A stretch of 64,000 bases of DNA. Source: Podarcis liolepis (lineage: Eukaryota). The position numbers were made by a program, and so were the translations under genes. Every line of letters starts with the position of its first letter. Position 1 is the first letter of the stretch. The stretch lies in NCBI GenBank assembly GCA_965112155.1, contig OZ218099.1; one strand, given 5' to 3'. Below, in pieces: positions 1 through 13,826 of this stretch. The notes beneath the pieces were generated by a model. That model had not been told where the DNA came from, made no database searches, and saw only the letters and a list, made by a program, of their open reading frames with translations.

Positions 1-3000
1 TTGTATGCTTCCTGATGGTTCTGGTATATATTAGAGATTAAGCAATCCCTAATAAGCTTTCAAAATTGGTTGTTTTTCTATTGAAATGATTAAATTCCAT
101 GTTTATTATTTTTACTATTATTTCAACGTAACTATCATGGCAGTTCAATAAGAGGAATGTACTTGTTCACGACTAGGCCACTTGTTTCAAAATGCTATCT
201 GATGACTATTACTTTTATTAGGATTTTTTTTGGGGGGGGGATGAAGGACCAATCCTGTTGGATCAAACTGATAAACGGTAGTGATGTTACTGATAAAATA
301 TTCTATTTACACTTGGCTTTTCATACAATTGGTATTTAGTGATGTGTTTTACCGCCATCTGCTAAAGCGATTTAGATAGTGACATTAGCAAAGCAATAGC
401 AATGTGTGTCTAGGAAATCAGTATATATGAAAAAGGGTGACCCTCATTATAAGGTGTAAGATTTATTTGAATCATGTTTGTACAGTGTGACTTCACACCC
501 CCATTCCTTCAAAAACATAGTGGAAGCCATTTTGTTGAGCTTCCTTCATTTCCTTGTAATCATTATTCGTCAGATAAACATATCTTACTTTTTCTGAAAA
601 ACCTGAATGATCCATAGTTTGGTTGTTTGCCTTTATGGCTATGGAGGCATTTTCCACGACTCTTCCGCTGTAAGTATAAGTGGATGCATTTTTTTAAACC
701 CTCCATATTGATGGAAAAGTTTCACAAAGTTCTGAAGAGAGGAGCATTTTGAAGAGTCACCAGAAAGGTTTACACTCTTGCAACGTACTGCTGAAGTCTT
801 AAATTAACTACTGAAATAAACAAGATATTATAGACATTATTAATATAAGATACATTCAAATTGGTTTGCAACTCAAGAATGTGAAACTTGTATGAATATT
901 TGTTAATACTAGTTTATGTCCCCACAATTATATCAAAATGTTGCATATGTCCAGTTTTCAACAAATTGTTAACTCAAACTGAATTTTCTCGATTAGAACG
1001 AATATCACTTTTATGTGGCCGATCAACAATTGTTTGTTTTCATTTTCATATACTATTTGAATTTCGTTTTCTCATCACTATAAACATATGTCTAACCTTT
1101 TATCTCTTGTTGGGTGATAACATTTGGCAACATCAGCTAATCTCTTAAGGGGATGGTCACCTCGACATCCAAGAGCATATCTTTAGGGTTTTTGCACTTG
1201 GCAATAATCCTTCATTGGCATTCTTTGCAGGTCAGTAATTCCATTGAGGTTAAATAGCCTCCTTACTTTGACATTTGGGAGTAAATGTTTTTATTAAACT
1301 CAGTTTTAATTCACTATGCTAACACTTGCTTATGTGCATAAATACTATGAACTTTATTTACACACACACACACACACACACTGTGTAATTTCTATCCCCT
1401 TCCTCCCAAAGGGGCCTAGGGCAGCAAACATTCAAATTATAAAACAATAATTTAAAAAAAAAATGCAGTACAGATAGAGACTGAGAATAAATGTGTGCAT
1501 TATATTTCCATCTTTGGAGTTATTTTAATAACCAGTGAAAAGTACTCAAATTGTGACTTCTAAAAACCATAACCTTTAGAAATAGACATCTTTCTAAAAG
1601 AAAAGATTGGTGCTCTCTTTTCTAAAAAAAAGACTCCATTGCCTTATAACCAATTTTTACCTAGCTGCCAGCAAATGTATCAGTTTCACCATCACACTCT
1701 TTCTTGATCCAGTTGTCACCTTTTCCCAAGCACATGACACATATTCTTGCCACTTCAAGGAGTGAACTGTTCACATCTGCTTCATAGTTGTATCTTCTTA
1801 ATCCTTATTCCTTGGCTGTTTGACCTTTGGACAAAGAAGAAAGGAATGAACTTCAGAGAAATCACATTACTTTGTTCTGTTGTAAAATGGGCACCAAAAA
1901 TGAAACCTTTTCTCCCATTTTCTGTTACAATGTGCTGCCCTGCCATTTTCTTCCACTCATAAATGTTTCAGCAATAAATAGAGCACCAGTAATGTCACAG
2001 AGGATTAGTAGTTAAAAAGTTGATATACTGTCCACTTGTCCCGGAACAGTTTCCATCCCATAAGGTGAAAGGATAAATTCCATCTCTCTCTCTCTATATA
2101 TATATATTTAAGTTTCAAGATGAATGAAAATAATAGCTTTATTAGTTCGGGATACTTTCAAAACTCTCGTAAAATGAGAGAACTGAGCTTGATGAAATAG
2201 TGTTTATAGCCTTCCTTGCATTCTGTTCTTGTTAGTTTACTCTATTTGCCTGTCTTCTTTTCTGTCGCCCTTTTCCTGTTGTATATTTTCCTACTTGGTT
2301 TCTCTTAAGCTTCACTGTGCTTTGCTACATTTTTCTTCCATTTCTTACTCTGTCTTTAAAATTCACTTCTGCCACCTGTTTGCTGCTTAATGGGTTCTTA
2401 AGCAATCATGGTGGTAGTCCATTTGGAGTGTAGCTCTTGCCCTCTTTTTATCATTATTTATTTGAAAAGCTAGTCTTAATCTTGATTTATTTGCTTATGG
2501 TATTTTCAGTTTTTATTGAGAAACAACCCCATGAAATCTTGCTACATGTTTCTTGCTTAGAAGGCTTGTGGGTGAGCGTTATGCCTTTTCCTGAAGTCAG
2601 AGACAACAGAGAGACCAATAGAGACATGCATATGAGGCTCCCCTTGGCTTGCAAGCATGCCCCTTGCCCAGGAGACACAAAGCTTTCACTTCTGGTTTTC
2701 CTATTTACTCCTTTCTGTTTTCTATTAATCGCAGGTTGTCTTGTCATGTGAACCATGCAAACTTGAAAATCATAGCTATGGTTTGTGGAAGCAACTTGGC
2801 TTTCAACCATAGTTTATGCATCTGACTCGTTTTCAGTAGACATAGTTAAGATTAACCAGAATGCAAAACTCAGGTGACATGCTAAACTGCAATTAAAGCA
2901 CATCATTCCCATTTCCTGCTTGTGACCAAGCCAGAGGAGGAGCAATGGTGCAGCAGAGGCTAGACTCATTTTTTGTAATGCCAAACAGTGGTTTAGCATT

Positions 3001-5989
3001 ACGTCTGAGTGTTGCCACAGAGCTGTCAGTGACTTTGGCTACCACATTGCACATTCTGCTTTAGTCAGTAGACAAGAATTTCAGATATTTATCCATTCGC
3101 TGAAGATGCTGTCAGTTTGCATTTGCTGTGATCCTCATTGTTAGGACAGCTATGATATCTGTTCACTTTTATGCATATGAAATAAAAGCTACAATTATGT
3201 CTGGGACACACACACTGCAGTTTGTTTTTCAGTCTTGGCCACACTGATGAATTAGGATGCAGATTTTATTAGTAAAGCTTTCATTGGCCCTTGCAGCCAC
3301 CTTCAGTTTTTCGCACCCATTTCCTAATCATAGCCTGCAACATGGGACCTTGTTTAATTGTTTTAAAAATGTATATGTTCCTGTTTTCTCTTCGCTCTGT
3401 TTCACTCAGGGCATATCTCCTCTGCAGAGATCTAGGTCTAAGTCATTTGTTCTCCCTAGAAAATCTAAGACTTATAGGCAGGGGTGGGTAGAGATCTCCA
3501 ACAGATTTTTAGCATTCTCATCAAATCACAGCTCCAATAATTGGGGAGGGAGCTGTGACTGTTAAAGTGGGATGGGACCAGTATAAATTTGTAATATAGA
3601 CACATTCCCACTCTTTTCTTCTTTTTTCCATTGCTGTTTTTCTCTTTGTAATCCATGCGACACACACAAGGCTGGTTTGCATGTGATGCTAAATCATAGT
3701 TTAGTGTTTCACAGACTAGCCTCAAGGAGCCTGAGCAAAACACTTGGCTTCTGCACTTCCTACACCTCCATGTGGCCTGGAGAAGGACTTCTGTCAAGTC
3801 TATTTTCACTTTTAAAGAATTTCAGCTTCGCATTAAGTAGAAAGCAGGAATCCTAGATTTAAAAGAACTCTGGCTAGTTCGATAAACCTTTCATAACTCC
3901 TGGCTTAAAACTGGCTTATTGTGAAATTGAGTAGAGTTTGTCTCATATGTAATGCTAAGCTGAGCTTCTTGAAAGCTGAAACTAAACTCACTGAATCTCC
4001 TCCTCTGGGTCAAGTGGGCGGAACAGCCATAGCAGACTATTACTAGGTAACTTAAGATTCAAATATTAAGTGTAGGCATTATGGTAATCCAAAATCTCTG
4101 CCTCAGGTCTGGAGAATTATTCACTTTATAGATCCATTAATTCTTATGTTGCTTAAAAGATGTTGAAAATACAAAAAATAATTTGTGAATATGATTCTGA
4201 GTGGTTGGTTTTCTCAAGTGCTAAAATGTTTTCCTATTTCTCACTGCACAGTTGATCCCAAAGGACAGGCAACAAAGAGTAGGTGAAACAAAACCTCATT
4301 AGACCAATTTTTGTGTGTGTTGTAATATGCAAGCCTTCAAGTTTCATAGTATTCTTAATTAGCCATAATACTTTATTTTATTCCTTGTGTTGGAGCTTAT
4401 TTACCAGTCAGCTGTGGATGTTTTTCTCTAGGCTGATCCAAAAGAAGGCCAACATTCTGTTGAATTCTGAAATGCCGAACTTGGGAAAGCCCATTCCTAT
4501 TGAAGCCCAGTTGTCCATCTAGCCAAGGGAGCAGACTCTGCTTAGCTTTCCCCTTAACCTTTTCTTTGGATACTGATACTCTGTATTAGCCTTGTTATAC
4601 AAGTATCTGAGAAGACAGTTTGCTTTTACTTTAGTACTTGTTCCCTAGTTAGGTGCTTCTAGAGTTTTCCTATAGTACCCTTTGCACTTTTCCTAGTCTA
4701 CAGGAAGCCTCTTTCCTTGCACCTGTCTGCTTAGCCCCCTCTGGCTCTTGGCAGAAATACAATAGAGTGAAATGGCAACTTCCAATCACAAATCAGGGAT
4801 AATCTGTGGTGCTACTGTTGAGATCATGGAACAATATAGGTACTTGAACTTGCCCACTGGGCAAAATTATTATGGGGACTCTGAATCAGAACCTATTAAA
4901 CTTCTGGATTCTGTGCTTCAGAAAGAAAGTTTGTGGCCTTAATGATCAGTAGGTTTACATGAGATATAAGATGCCCTCTGACTTCCAAATTAACAGCAGT
5001 CAAAACCTTACTGTTCTCTGTTTCCCAGTTACATTCTTACAGGAAGGCAAGCTTTCAGAACCAGGGATCATTAAAAAGGTGGATGTTGGAACCCCATCAT
5101 TATCCTGCTCCCAAAGAAGGTTGGAGGTTGCAGAGCCGAAATTGGTTGTTAGCCTCAGGAACTTTAGGATGGTGACACTGACCTCTAACAGTAGTCATAA
5201 TGTGGCAAGGAGATTTCTAGGGTGTGCACAGACTTGAAAGTCTTGCATGTATATGATTCTGTAAAGCCGTGTTGCAGAAGATAATACATGTTTTGATGGA
5301 TAAGATAAATATTAACGGCAAAGTGGGTTATCTGGCAGCATGGCTTTGGATAGAGAGACGGTGATAAAATGGAGGAAGGAAAGGTTAGTGAAAAGGAGGT
5401 TGTTTTTCTTAGTCATGGTGGAGAGGAATCAGGTTTGAAGCCCAGATTGTGGATATAATATATAGCCATAGAACAGGGTGGTGTCAGTGGAGATACAAAG
5501 CATGCAAAAGAAGTTTGAATGGGAACTCTATTTTCAACTAGTTGTTGTTGGGGTTTTTTAGCCTATCTACAGAGATCAACCCATGTTGAAATATTATCAG
5601 CCCAGATGGCAATGTAAAACTGGACATCAAGAATGAAAGACCAAATACAGGCATGTAGAATACAGTATTGCTAGCCTGTGTTGAAATGATACTGCATGAA
5701 TCCCCTTTCCCCAGTGCACTTTCATTGAAGAAGGACAAGACCAAGACCTGGACCCTGGGTTGCTATACCAGCTCTGAAGAAATAATGTTGAACAGGAGCC
5801 AGCAAGAGATACTAAGACTGTGTACACACTATATGTTTAGCACATGACGTCCCCTGAGGAATCCTGGGAACTGCAGTTTGTTAAGGATGCTGTGAATTGT
5901 AGCTATGTGAAGGGTAAACTACAGTTCACATGATTTAGGGGGGGTAGTCATGTCCCTTAAATGTATGGTGCGCATGCAGCCTTAGGAAC

Positions 5990-6380
5990 ACCGGCAAAAA
6001 ATTAAGAATCAGGTGAGGACAGTCCGTCACTAGGGTTGGACAGATCTGGGACACACGATGTGGGCATGTCCAATGATACATTTGTTTTGGTCTGACATTG
6101 TTGTCTGTGTCAACTTTGTACTAGTGAAATCCTTGATATTTGCTGATGTTTATGTGCTTTTAAATCAGATTCCTGTAGTGTGGGGATTAGCAAACAACAA
6201 AAGTGTGTTTTATGAGTCCTTGTGGTTGCTAAGAGATTTATACTTTGAACCTGGAAGGATAAACACCATCTATTAAGCCATGGTCTGAAGACCTCACTGC
6301 CCTTTTTGCATTCAAACATATTCCTCACAAATGTGGATACCTCTCTGGACATTTGGAAGGCTAATATCTATATGTTTAAA
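5990..6380 (+). mobile_element. Very old L1-clade LINE ORF2 C-terminal remnant
   Basis: Degenerate frames give HLFW and AKRFIL*TWK...W.EDL motifs typical of the L1 ORF2 C-terminus; boundaries approximate. Confidence 0.4.
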
Positions 6381-7289
6381 TTAAGAGGGACTTACTGTAT
6401 TCTCAGTATGTGTTGATGGTGTTTTTTTTCTTTAACTCCTCCCTCCCATTTTTTCCTTGTTAATTTTTTTATGGGGTTGGGCAGATCCTTTACAGTTGGT
6501 CTGCCCCAGGCCTCAGAGAGGATGAGGCCAAGGCTGTCCCATTCTGTTTCCAGGTAGGTTTTTAATGGGAAATGCTTAAAAATCTCCCTGGAAACACACT
6601 TTTATAAAAAGTATTTAGAAGGTTGTTTGAGGATTGTGCGTTGCCTCGATTCTCTCCCTGCTGCCTGCCACCTCGTGCTTTGAATACACATACAACAAGT
6701 TCCCCTAGGAGCAACAGGGTGTAAACAGAGGGCAGCCATATTTTGACTCCCGTAAAGTTCCCCAAGAGCCATAGAATGCCCTCAAGTCTCATCATTTTCA
6801 GGGGAACTTGCTGCATGTACATTCAAAGGTGCCCAAGCACTAGCTGCTCAGACTATGGGTGGTACTCTGTTTTAGAAAATTTAAAAGGAGAAATGGGAGG
6901 GGGGAATAGGGGAATAGGGGAAGGAGGCAGCACACAATCCTTGAAGGAATAAAGAAATTACAGATTATGGAGCATTGATATGATCCAGGTCATGTTCCAC
7001 CAGGATCAGATCAGGTGAATCTACTGTGGAATCCAAGACAAGCAGATTCCTCTCCCATCTCTATCTGACATAGCTCTTTAAAAGAGTTAAGCATGAAAAA
7101 CAGGAAAGGAGGAAGTACATTAAGAAGGTGATAGAGGCCCTGGCATTTATCCAATCAGGAATTCACTGCTGGTTTCTGCAAAAAAAAATTCCAACATAGG
7201 TCAGCAGACATATTAAGAAACAATCCTGGAAGTGGGTAGGAGAGAGTTTAGGTAAAGGAAAAGGAAATAGTTCTTAGACTTCTTTAAAC

Positions 7290-7500
7290 CACATAGCCAC
7301 AGTGTCTGTGGTCTGCCTCCACAGTTGGAGGAAACCATGCTTCTGAATCCTGGTTGCTGGAAACCAGGGGAGGGGAGAGTGCTCTTGTGTCCGAATCCCG
7401 ATTGCTGGTTTCCTAAAGGCAACTGTTCAGCCACTGTGAGAACAGGATGCTGGACTAGATTGGCCATTGGCCTGATTGAACAGGCTTTCCTAAGTTCTCA
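7290..7500 (+). mobile_element. CR1 LINE 3' end fragment
   Basis: Reptile CR1 3'UTR-like sequence ...ccactgtgagaacaggatgctggactagattggccattggcctgat...; a related reverse copy lies at 23445-23664. Confidence 0.6.
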
Positions 7501-7640
7501 CGTTCATGCTTCTGCATAAAAAAAAATGATTATACAGTTCCATTGATACTTAACACAGTTTGTGGTGCATGCATCTTTCTGGATTGTTCTGGGTTGGAGT
7601 AGTTTGGCACATGGCCTCCTGCCTATGCAAACTCCTAAGG

Positions 7641-8150
7641 CAACAAGTGTGCTGTGGCACCCTGGGGTGCCTTGAATGATGGTCAGGGTGCCGTGGGCAA
7701 CATCGGTCTCTGTCCTTGTTTCCTTCCCTCCCTCCTGTGATGCCCTCCCACGTCTTTGCCTCCCAGAGGCTTCCACTGCTGTTTGTTGCAGCAGCCCTGG
7801 CTACAAGCTCCCCAGGCAAATGGTGCCTCTGGGGCTGGCCAGGGGGTGCTTCCCAGGGCCCTGTGGGGCAGTGTGAGGAGGCACCTCTTTTTGGCGCGGG
7901 GTGTGCAGCTCAGAGACCAGGGGTGGTAGCAGTGGCTGCCTGGAGGACTCCCAAGGAGAGGGGAGAGGAGAGGAGAAGAGAGGAGGCTGAGGGAACACTC
8001 CACAAGGGAGGGTATTCTAAAAGGGGTGAGGGGCTGCTGGCTCTGTAGGCAAGTGGTGACATAACTGGGTTCCTGAGCCCCACAGGGGTGCTGCAGAAAG
8101 AATGTGTTTGGTCAAGGATGCTGTGGACCCAAAAAGGTTGAAAACCTTTG
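7641..8150. mobile_element. hAT-like non-autonomous DNA transposon (MITE)
   Basis: Right TIR ggttgaaaacctttg; 8-bp TSD tcctaagg/tcgtaagg; left TIR partly deleted; related inverted copy at 34891-35337. Confidence 0.65.
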
Positions 8151-8210
8151 TCGTAAGGGAAAGAACTTCGGTTTCCTTTTGCAGCAGCCTCTCCATGTCA
8201 TTTTCTAATA

Positions 8211-8452
8211 CAGTGGTACCTCGGGTTACAGACACTTCAGGTTACATACGCTTCAGGTTACAGACTCCGCTAACCCAGAAATAGTACCTCGGGTTAAGAA
8301 CTTTGCTTCAGGATGAGAACAGAAATCATGCTCCGGCGGTGCGGCAGCAGCAGGAGGCCCCATTAGCTAAAGTGGTGCTTCAGGTTAAGAACAGCTTCAG
8401 GTTAAGAATGGACCTCCAGAACGAATGAAGTACTTAACTCGAGGTACCACTG
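8211..8452 (+). mobile_element. Tc1/mariner-superfamily (pogo/Tigger-like) MITE, family A, copy 1 (orientation arbitrarily set +)
   Basis: TA|CAGTGGTACCTCGGGTTA...TAACTCGAGGTACCACTG|TA; TA TSD; 242 bp. Confidence 0.9.
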
Positions 8453-9502
8453 TACTTGTTGAACAGCAGATTATTTCAAATAGATTCACCTAAAATAATA
8501 TGGCTAACATTTGTTATTTAAAGCTTGCTACCCTATTCTGTATAGGTCAATTTATTTAGAACACATGACTGTCATTTCTTTGTTTTCAAAATCAAAGTAA
8601 TTCACTCTTTCAGAAACAGGGAGCGCCTGAAAAGCTGTCAGTGTTTTAACATTTTTTGTAGATTTTTTTAAGATGATAAAATAGCCGTTGGTTTCATAGC
8701 ATGTCTTTAAAGCAGCATGCCTTTCAGATTCCTGAAATTCAGGTAGCAAGTTAGCTTGGGGGTAAGGGGAATACAAGAACACTATAGCTCTTCCTTTGAA
8801 GTACTGACTCATTTTTTGGATCTTTCAACTCAGTTTGGCCCAAATTACAGACACTGTTCATACCTCAATTACTTTAAATTTGAGAAGACTTTTTGTGGTA
8901 CTTAAAAGAAGTCAATATGCAAAGGGCGATGGAGAAACTGAACTTATCAAAGACATTGTAAACTTAAATTTATTTGGGTGATATATTTTCATCTGTTCTA
9001 TACTATCTGGTGGCAATGTATGACCAGGAATTCACATATTTTGGCTTTTCCTAGTAGGCTGCCATTCTTTGTGCTTGCCACAGGGGCAGAGGTTTCTCAT
9101 ACCACACTAAGCTTTGGACTAGAGAGCAGCAGCATGAGTTTGTCATGTTGCTTTTGTCTGTTGTGTTGAGCTTTGGAGTAGGCAGCCTCCAGAGAGAACC
9201 ACTCTCTCTCCTCTTTCGTACAGGAGAAGAGAGATATTGGAGCGCACTGAGCTTTAGATCAGACAGATCTGCTGTTGCAAAGCTCAGCATAAGTTAACGT
9301 GCTTGCCCTTCATTTTCTGCAACTTGTGGGAAGCTCAGGGGAGAACTCTCTTCAGTGTTTGTCATCCTACCTCACCTGAGATCTAGGACTATCGTCTCTA
9401 GGAAATGGATTTTTGGAGGTCTGGTGGTTAATGTCCAATTGTTTCGTTCTGACAAAAATGGAGGTTAAGCAGGCCAGATGTTTTTGTTTATTTAGTAGAG
9501 TA

Positions 9503-9746
9503 CAGTGGTACCTCGGGTTAAGTACTTAATTTGTTCCGGAGGTCCGTTCTTAACCTGAAACTCTTCTTAACCCGAAGCCCACTTTAGCTAATGGGGCCTC
9601 CTCCTGCTCCTGCGCCGCCGGAGCCCGATTTCTGTTCTTATCCTGAAGCAAAGTTCTTAACCTGAAGCACTATTTCTGGGTTAGTGGAGTGTGTAACCTG
9701 AAGCGTCTGTACCAACCTGAAGCATATGTAACCCGAGGTACCACTG
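9503..9746 (-). mobile_element. pogo/Tigger-like MITE family A, copy 2
   Basis: Same TIRs and TA TSD; interior is the reverse complement of copy 1. Confidence 0.9.
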
Positions 9747-11449
9747 TATAGTGTTCTGTGTGATCATTTGGAGGAAGGGTGAATGCTTCCTATCTCATCC
9801 CTTTTTAAGCTTGAGGCATTTAGGATGAGAAAAAGAAGGACTTGGACCAATCAATATCTCATAAGCAGAGTTTGTGAGAAGCCAAAAAGATGCTTGTGAA
9901 TGTTTCTCATTCCCCATGCTACTATAGAGATAAGCAGGAAGAAGATCATATTATCCACTCTGGGTCATCCTAGTCAGGAATTGCCTCATTAACCAGAGCA
10001 GGGTAACTAATGTGTAGTAACAGAGTGATTAACATTTCAAATAGGGAGTTCCGGGAAGCTTGGCTTGTAGTCGGACTAGAAAGTGTGTTCCTTATTTGTA
10101 ACAGACGGGGAGGTACAAAATAGAAAGGACTTCTTGGCTGGAAGCCCAAGTGTTAAGCATCCCACTATAGGCTTATCATAATTGTGTCTTGAAATCAGAT
10201 TTTGGTTTGCTAAGATGAATTCCAGTTTCAGCTAAGACATTGTGTTTTATTGTGTGTAGATTGTGAATCACTGGTTTTCTCACTCCATTGTTTTGAATAA
10301 AGGTTGTTCTTGGAAGCTTCAGGCAGAAATATATAAAGTGACATCTTCTCACAAGTATTTTGATGCCGCCCATTTCTGTGTATTTGGTAGGAAATGAATA
10401 ACAGGCAGAAGTTAAGTGTAAACAGAATAACAATGGAAATACAATATGATAGATAATGGTACAATATAAATTTGTGGGCTTTGCATATCACGTATAACTG
10501 AAAATGTGCTATATTTATAGTGTTCACCTGGTGTTTATTATTTTCCTTTCTTTTCTTTTTTCTTTTTCTTTTGCTTCCGGAAAATTTTTAATTGTTGAAA
10601 GACTACTTTGTCCTTTGTACAGTTACAGGTTTTGACCATTAATCTATTTTAATCAGATATATATGATGCATTTTGTGGAAAGGTCCACTCAGCATCAGCC
10701 AACCAAACACAAACTGTCAGTTGGCTGATCCAGATTATGATCTCTTACATTGACATGTTGCTTATTCATCCTTCTTGCGGCTACTCCTCTGTTCAGTATT
10801 TCTCCCTTCTCTTTGCACTTTGGCAGATGCAGCCTGTGATTAAGTTATGAGCTTGGAACAACGTGCAGTGACTGGTGCAAATGTAGGATCTGCATATAGG
10901 CGGGCTGAGTGTAACCCTCTTGTCATGGTCTGACCACTTCCAGGGAAGTTTGGACTATTGTCTGCAACCTTGCCCTGCAGTGGTGGGGGACCAATTCAGA
11001 TGGTCTGCCCTTGACACCTGTTAGGTCACACAGTTCTGCCTACCAGATGGTGAATGGCCCTCATAGCATGTTGAGAGCAGTTTGCATGGGGCTTCAAGAA
11101 TAATGTTGCTCAACCTTATAGTGCCTTAGACACAGCAGTTTTTGCAAGTCCAGTTGAGTTGTCCAATGCAGCACCTTCCCATATTTTGTGGAATTAATTT
11201 TGGTTTATGTGTCTTGATGGTGTAGACAGGGTAATGATGTGACCAACTTCTTGCTTTCTTGACCCCTGTCCATCCTGGCTGGTCAAAGCTAGTTTGTGTG
11301 GTAGGACTGACTGACTGACTGGGTGGGTGGGTCCAGGGTATGGTGAACATGGTTCTATTCAGTGGAATGGAGCCTGCAGCCCTTAAGCGGTAATGAAGAA
11401 GCCCATTATGAACTCTGTGGTTTACAGTAAATACTGCCAAGCCGCATTC

Positions 11450-12710
11450 TTGGGCACAGTGGTGCAGAGAGTGATGGTGGAGCAGTTGCAGGAGTTTCTT
11501 GATCTGGATTCTATCTGGATTCATTTCAATCTGGGTTCAGGCATGGTTTAGGGACTGAACCAGCTTCGGTCACCCTGATGTGTTGAGAGCAGGACAGAGA
11601 GGGAATGCATCTCTACTCCGGCTTCCTGACCTGTTGGCAGCTTTTGATACACCTGACCATGGTATCTTGGACCAGCTCTGTGGGATGGGAACTGGGGGCA
11701 GTGTTTTGCACTGGTTCTTATTCCTTCCTACATGGCCGTGTCTAGAGAACAGCATTGGGGGATTGTGTCTTGGACCCACGGTCCTTGTGCTATGGTGTGC
11801 CACAGAGCACAGTCCTGTTAAACAACTATATGAAACCACTGGGGGGTAGTTATTAGGAGTTTTGGAGCAAAAACAACGAGATACTCTGCTGATAGTCAGC
11901 TGTTTCTCCATAGCATCTGAGTCAGAAAAAGCTGAGCATGGTCTCAAACCTTGTCTGGATATAATTATGGAGTGATGGTTTAAAGCAATGGGAAGACAGA
12001 GGCATGGTCGGTGGGTGGTTCCATTGTCCGGAAGATAGGTCATTGCTTGTTTTGGATGGGGTTACTCTTCTTCTGAAATAATAGTTTAGGTGTGTTTCTG
12101 GATTTATCTTTGTCACTTGACACTAGGAGTCAAGTGGCTAGGAGTGCCTTTTAACTGTTACAGGTAGTGAGCCAACTACGGCCAGTCTTAGGCAGGGGTA
12201 GCCTGGATGCAGTGATTCATGTCTTGGTAAACTTAACATTTGATTATTCTAATGCACTTTCTGTGAGGCTACAGAAGCTCCAGTGCTTAAAACCTTGCAC
12301 TGGTTGTCTATATGTTACTGGGTCAGATTCAAGGTTCTTGTAATAATTCACAAGGCGCTTAACAACATGGATCCAGGATATCTTAAAGACTGCCCAATCT
12401 CTATCCCCGCCTGAGGGAGAGGAATCTGTGGAGGAATCTCTGTTGGTGGTACCCCAGGGCTCAGATTCCTGGTGCTTAAATATTACAAGCTGCCCAAGCC
12501 TCCCAGGTGAGATAATATAGGCACCCTCCTTGCTGAATTTCAGGCATGTGGCTGATGCTTTCTTGCTGCAGAAGACATTTTAAGGTAGCGTTTGGTTTTA
12601 TGCTAAATTATTTTTGTTTTATTGTCCAATTGTCTATGTATTGTTTTGATGCACACCACTTAGAAATGAAAACAAGCAGTATATAAATGTATTAATAAAA
12701 TAAACAAACA
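11450..12710 (+). mobile_element. Decayed L2 LINE (RT domain to 3' tail)
   Basis: FQSGFR.G.GTE and DLLAAFDTPDHGIL RT-like motifs, followed by an A-rich tail aataaaataaacaaaca; many frameshifts. Confidence 0.75.
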
Positions 12711-13109
12711 GGATGATCTGTGGCATGTAAAACTTACTTTAATAACAAGGTCTACATAGATAAATAGTTGGTGTCCCCTGTAACTTACTATAAATAAGGA
12801 TGTTTATTTATGATGCCTGTAGCAGTTTTAATGTCAAGTGCTTTTTGTAATCACTGTTTCTTTTGTCATAACAACCTATGAGATTGGTCATTACAATTCC
12901 CATTTTATACATAGACGAAACTTTCTGGTTTAGACTGAAACTTTCTGGTTTAGCTCAGTGGTGTGTTTTTTTGTGAGTTGTGATTCCACCTTGTTTGTAT
13001 AGTTTAGTTTAGTAAATATAAGTCTTCCCTTGAAACATTATGGTAATTGCGTCAACTATATAAAAGGCATTTTATTTGCTTCTCCACTACAGAACCAGGA
13101 AGATAGAGT

Positions 13110-13826
13110 TCTTCTTTCTTCTTTGGTGATCACTCATAGCCGAGTAAGATTGTCTTCCCTAAACAGTTTTAACAATGAGTCCGTAAGTGACTGTGGAGGC
13201 CAATTCTGGATCCACACATCCTTCCACAGTGGGGACATTGGTTTCTGGGCGAGAATTGATTACAGTGTGGATTTGCCAAGCGTGCCTTCCTCTTAGCATG
13301 TTTCTCCCTTGCGTCCTGAGTTCGAGTGTCTTCAAAGCCCATGACACCTTTGGTAAAGGCTGTTCTCCAACTGGAGCGCTCGCAGGCCAGTGTTTCCAAG
13401 TTTTCAGTGTTTATACCACATTTTTTAAGATTTGCCTTGAGTCAGTCTTTAAACCTCTTTTGTTGACCACCAGCATTACGCTTTCCATTTTTAAGTTCAG
13501 AATAGAGTAGTTGCTTTGGGAGACGATCATCAGGCATCCACAGAACATGACCAGTCCAACGAAGTTGACGTTGAAGAATCATTGCTTCAACACTGGTGAT
13601 CTTTGCTTCTTCTAGTACACTGATATTAGTTTGCCTGTCTTCCCAAGTGATGTGTAAAAGTTTTCTGAGACACTGTTGATGGAATCTTTCAAGGAGTTAG
13701 AGATGGTGTTTATAAGTGGTCCATGTTTCACAAGCATACAGTAAGGTTGGTAGTACAATAGCTTTGTAAACAAGTATTTTGGTTTCCCTGCAAATGTCCC
13801 GGTCCTCAAACACTCTGCACTTCAGT
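13110..13826 (-). mobile_element. 5'-truncated RTE-clade LINE
   Basis: Minus-strand translation TKILVYKAIVLPTLLYACETW...RQLRWTGHV..MPDDRLPKQLLYSEL...CPHCGRMCGSRIGLHSHLRTH; (AAG)-rich tail; 14-bp TSD caggaagatagagt/caggaaggtagagt; in-frame stops. Confidence 0.9.

Noticed and set aside
6678-6828. 29-bp inverted repeat as a pre-miRNA
   Set aside because: Spacer of about 90 nt and several mismatches; fits a decayed MITE better.
12912-12953. 20-bp tandem duplication gaaactttctggtttag
   Set aside because: Ordinary slippage duplication with no sign of function.
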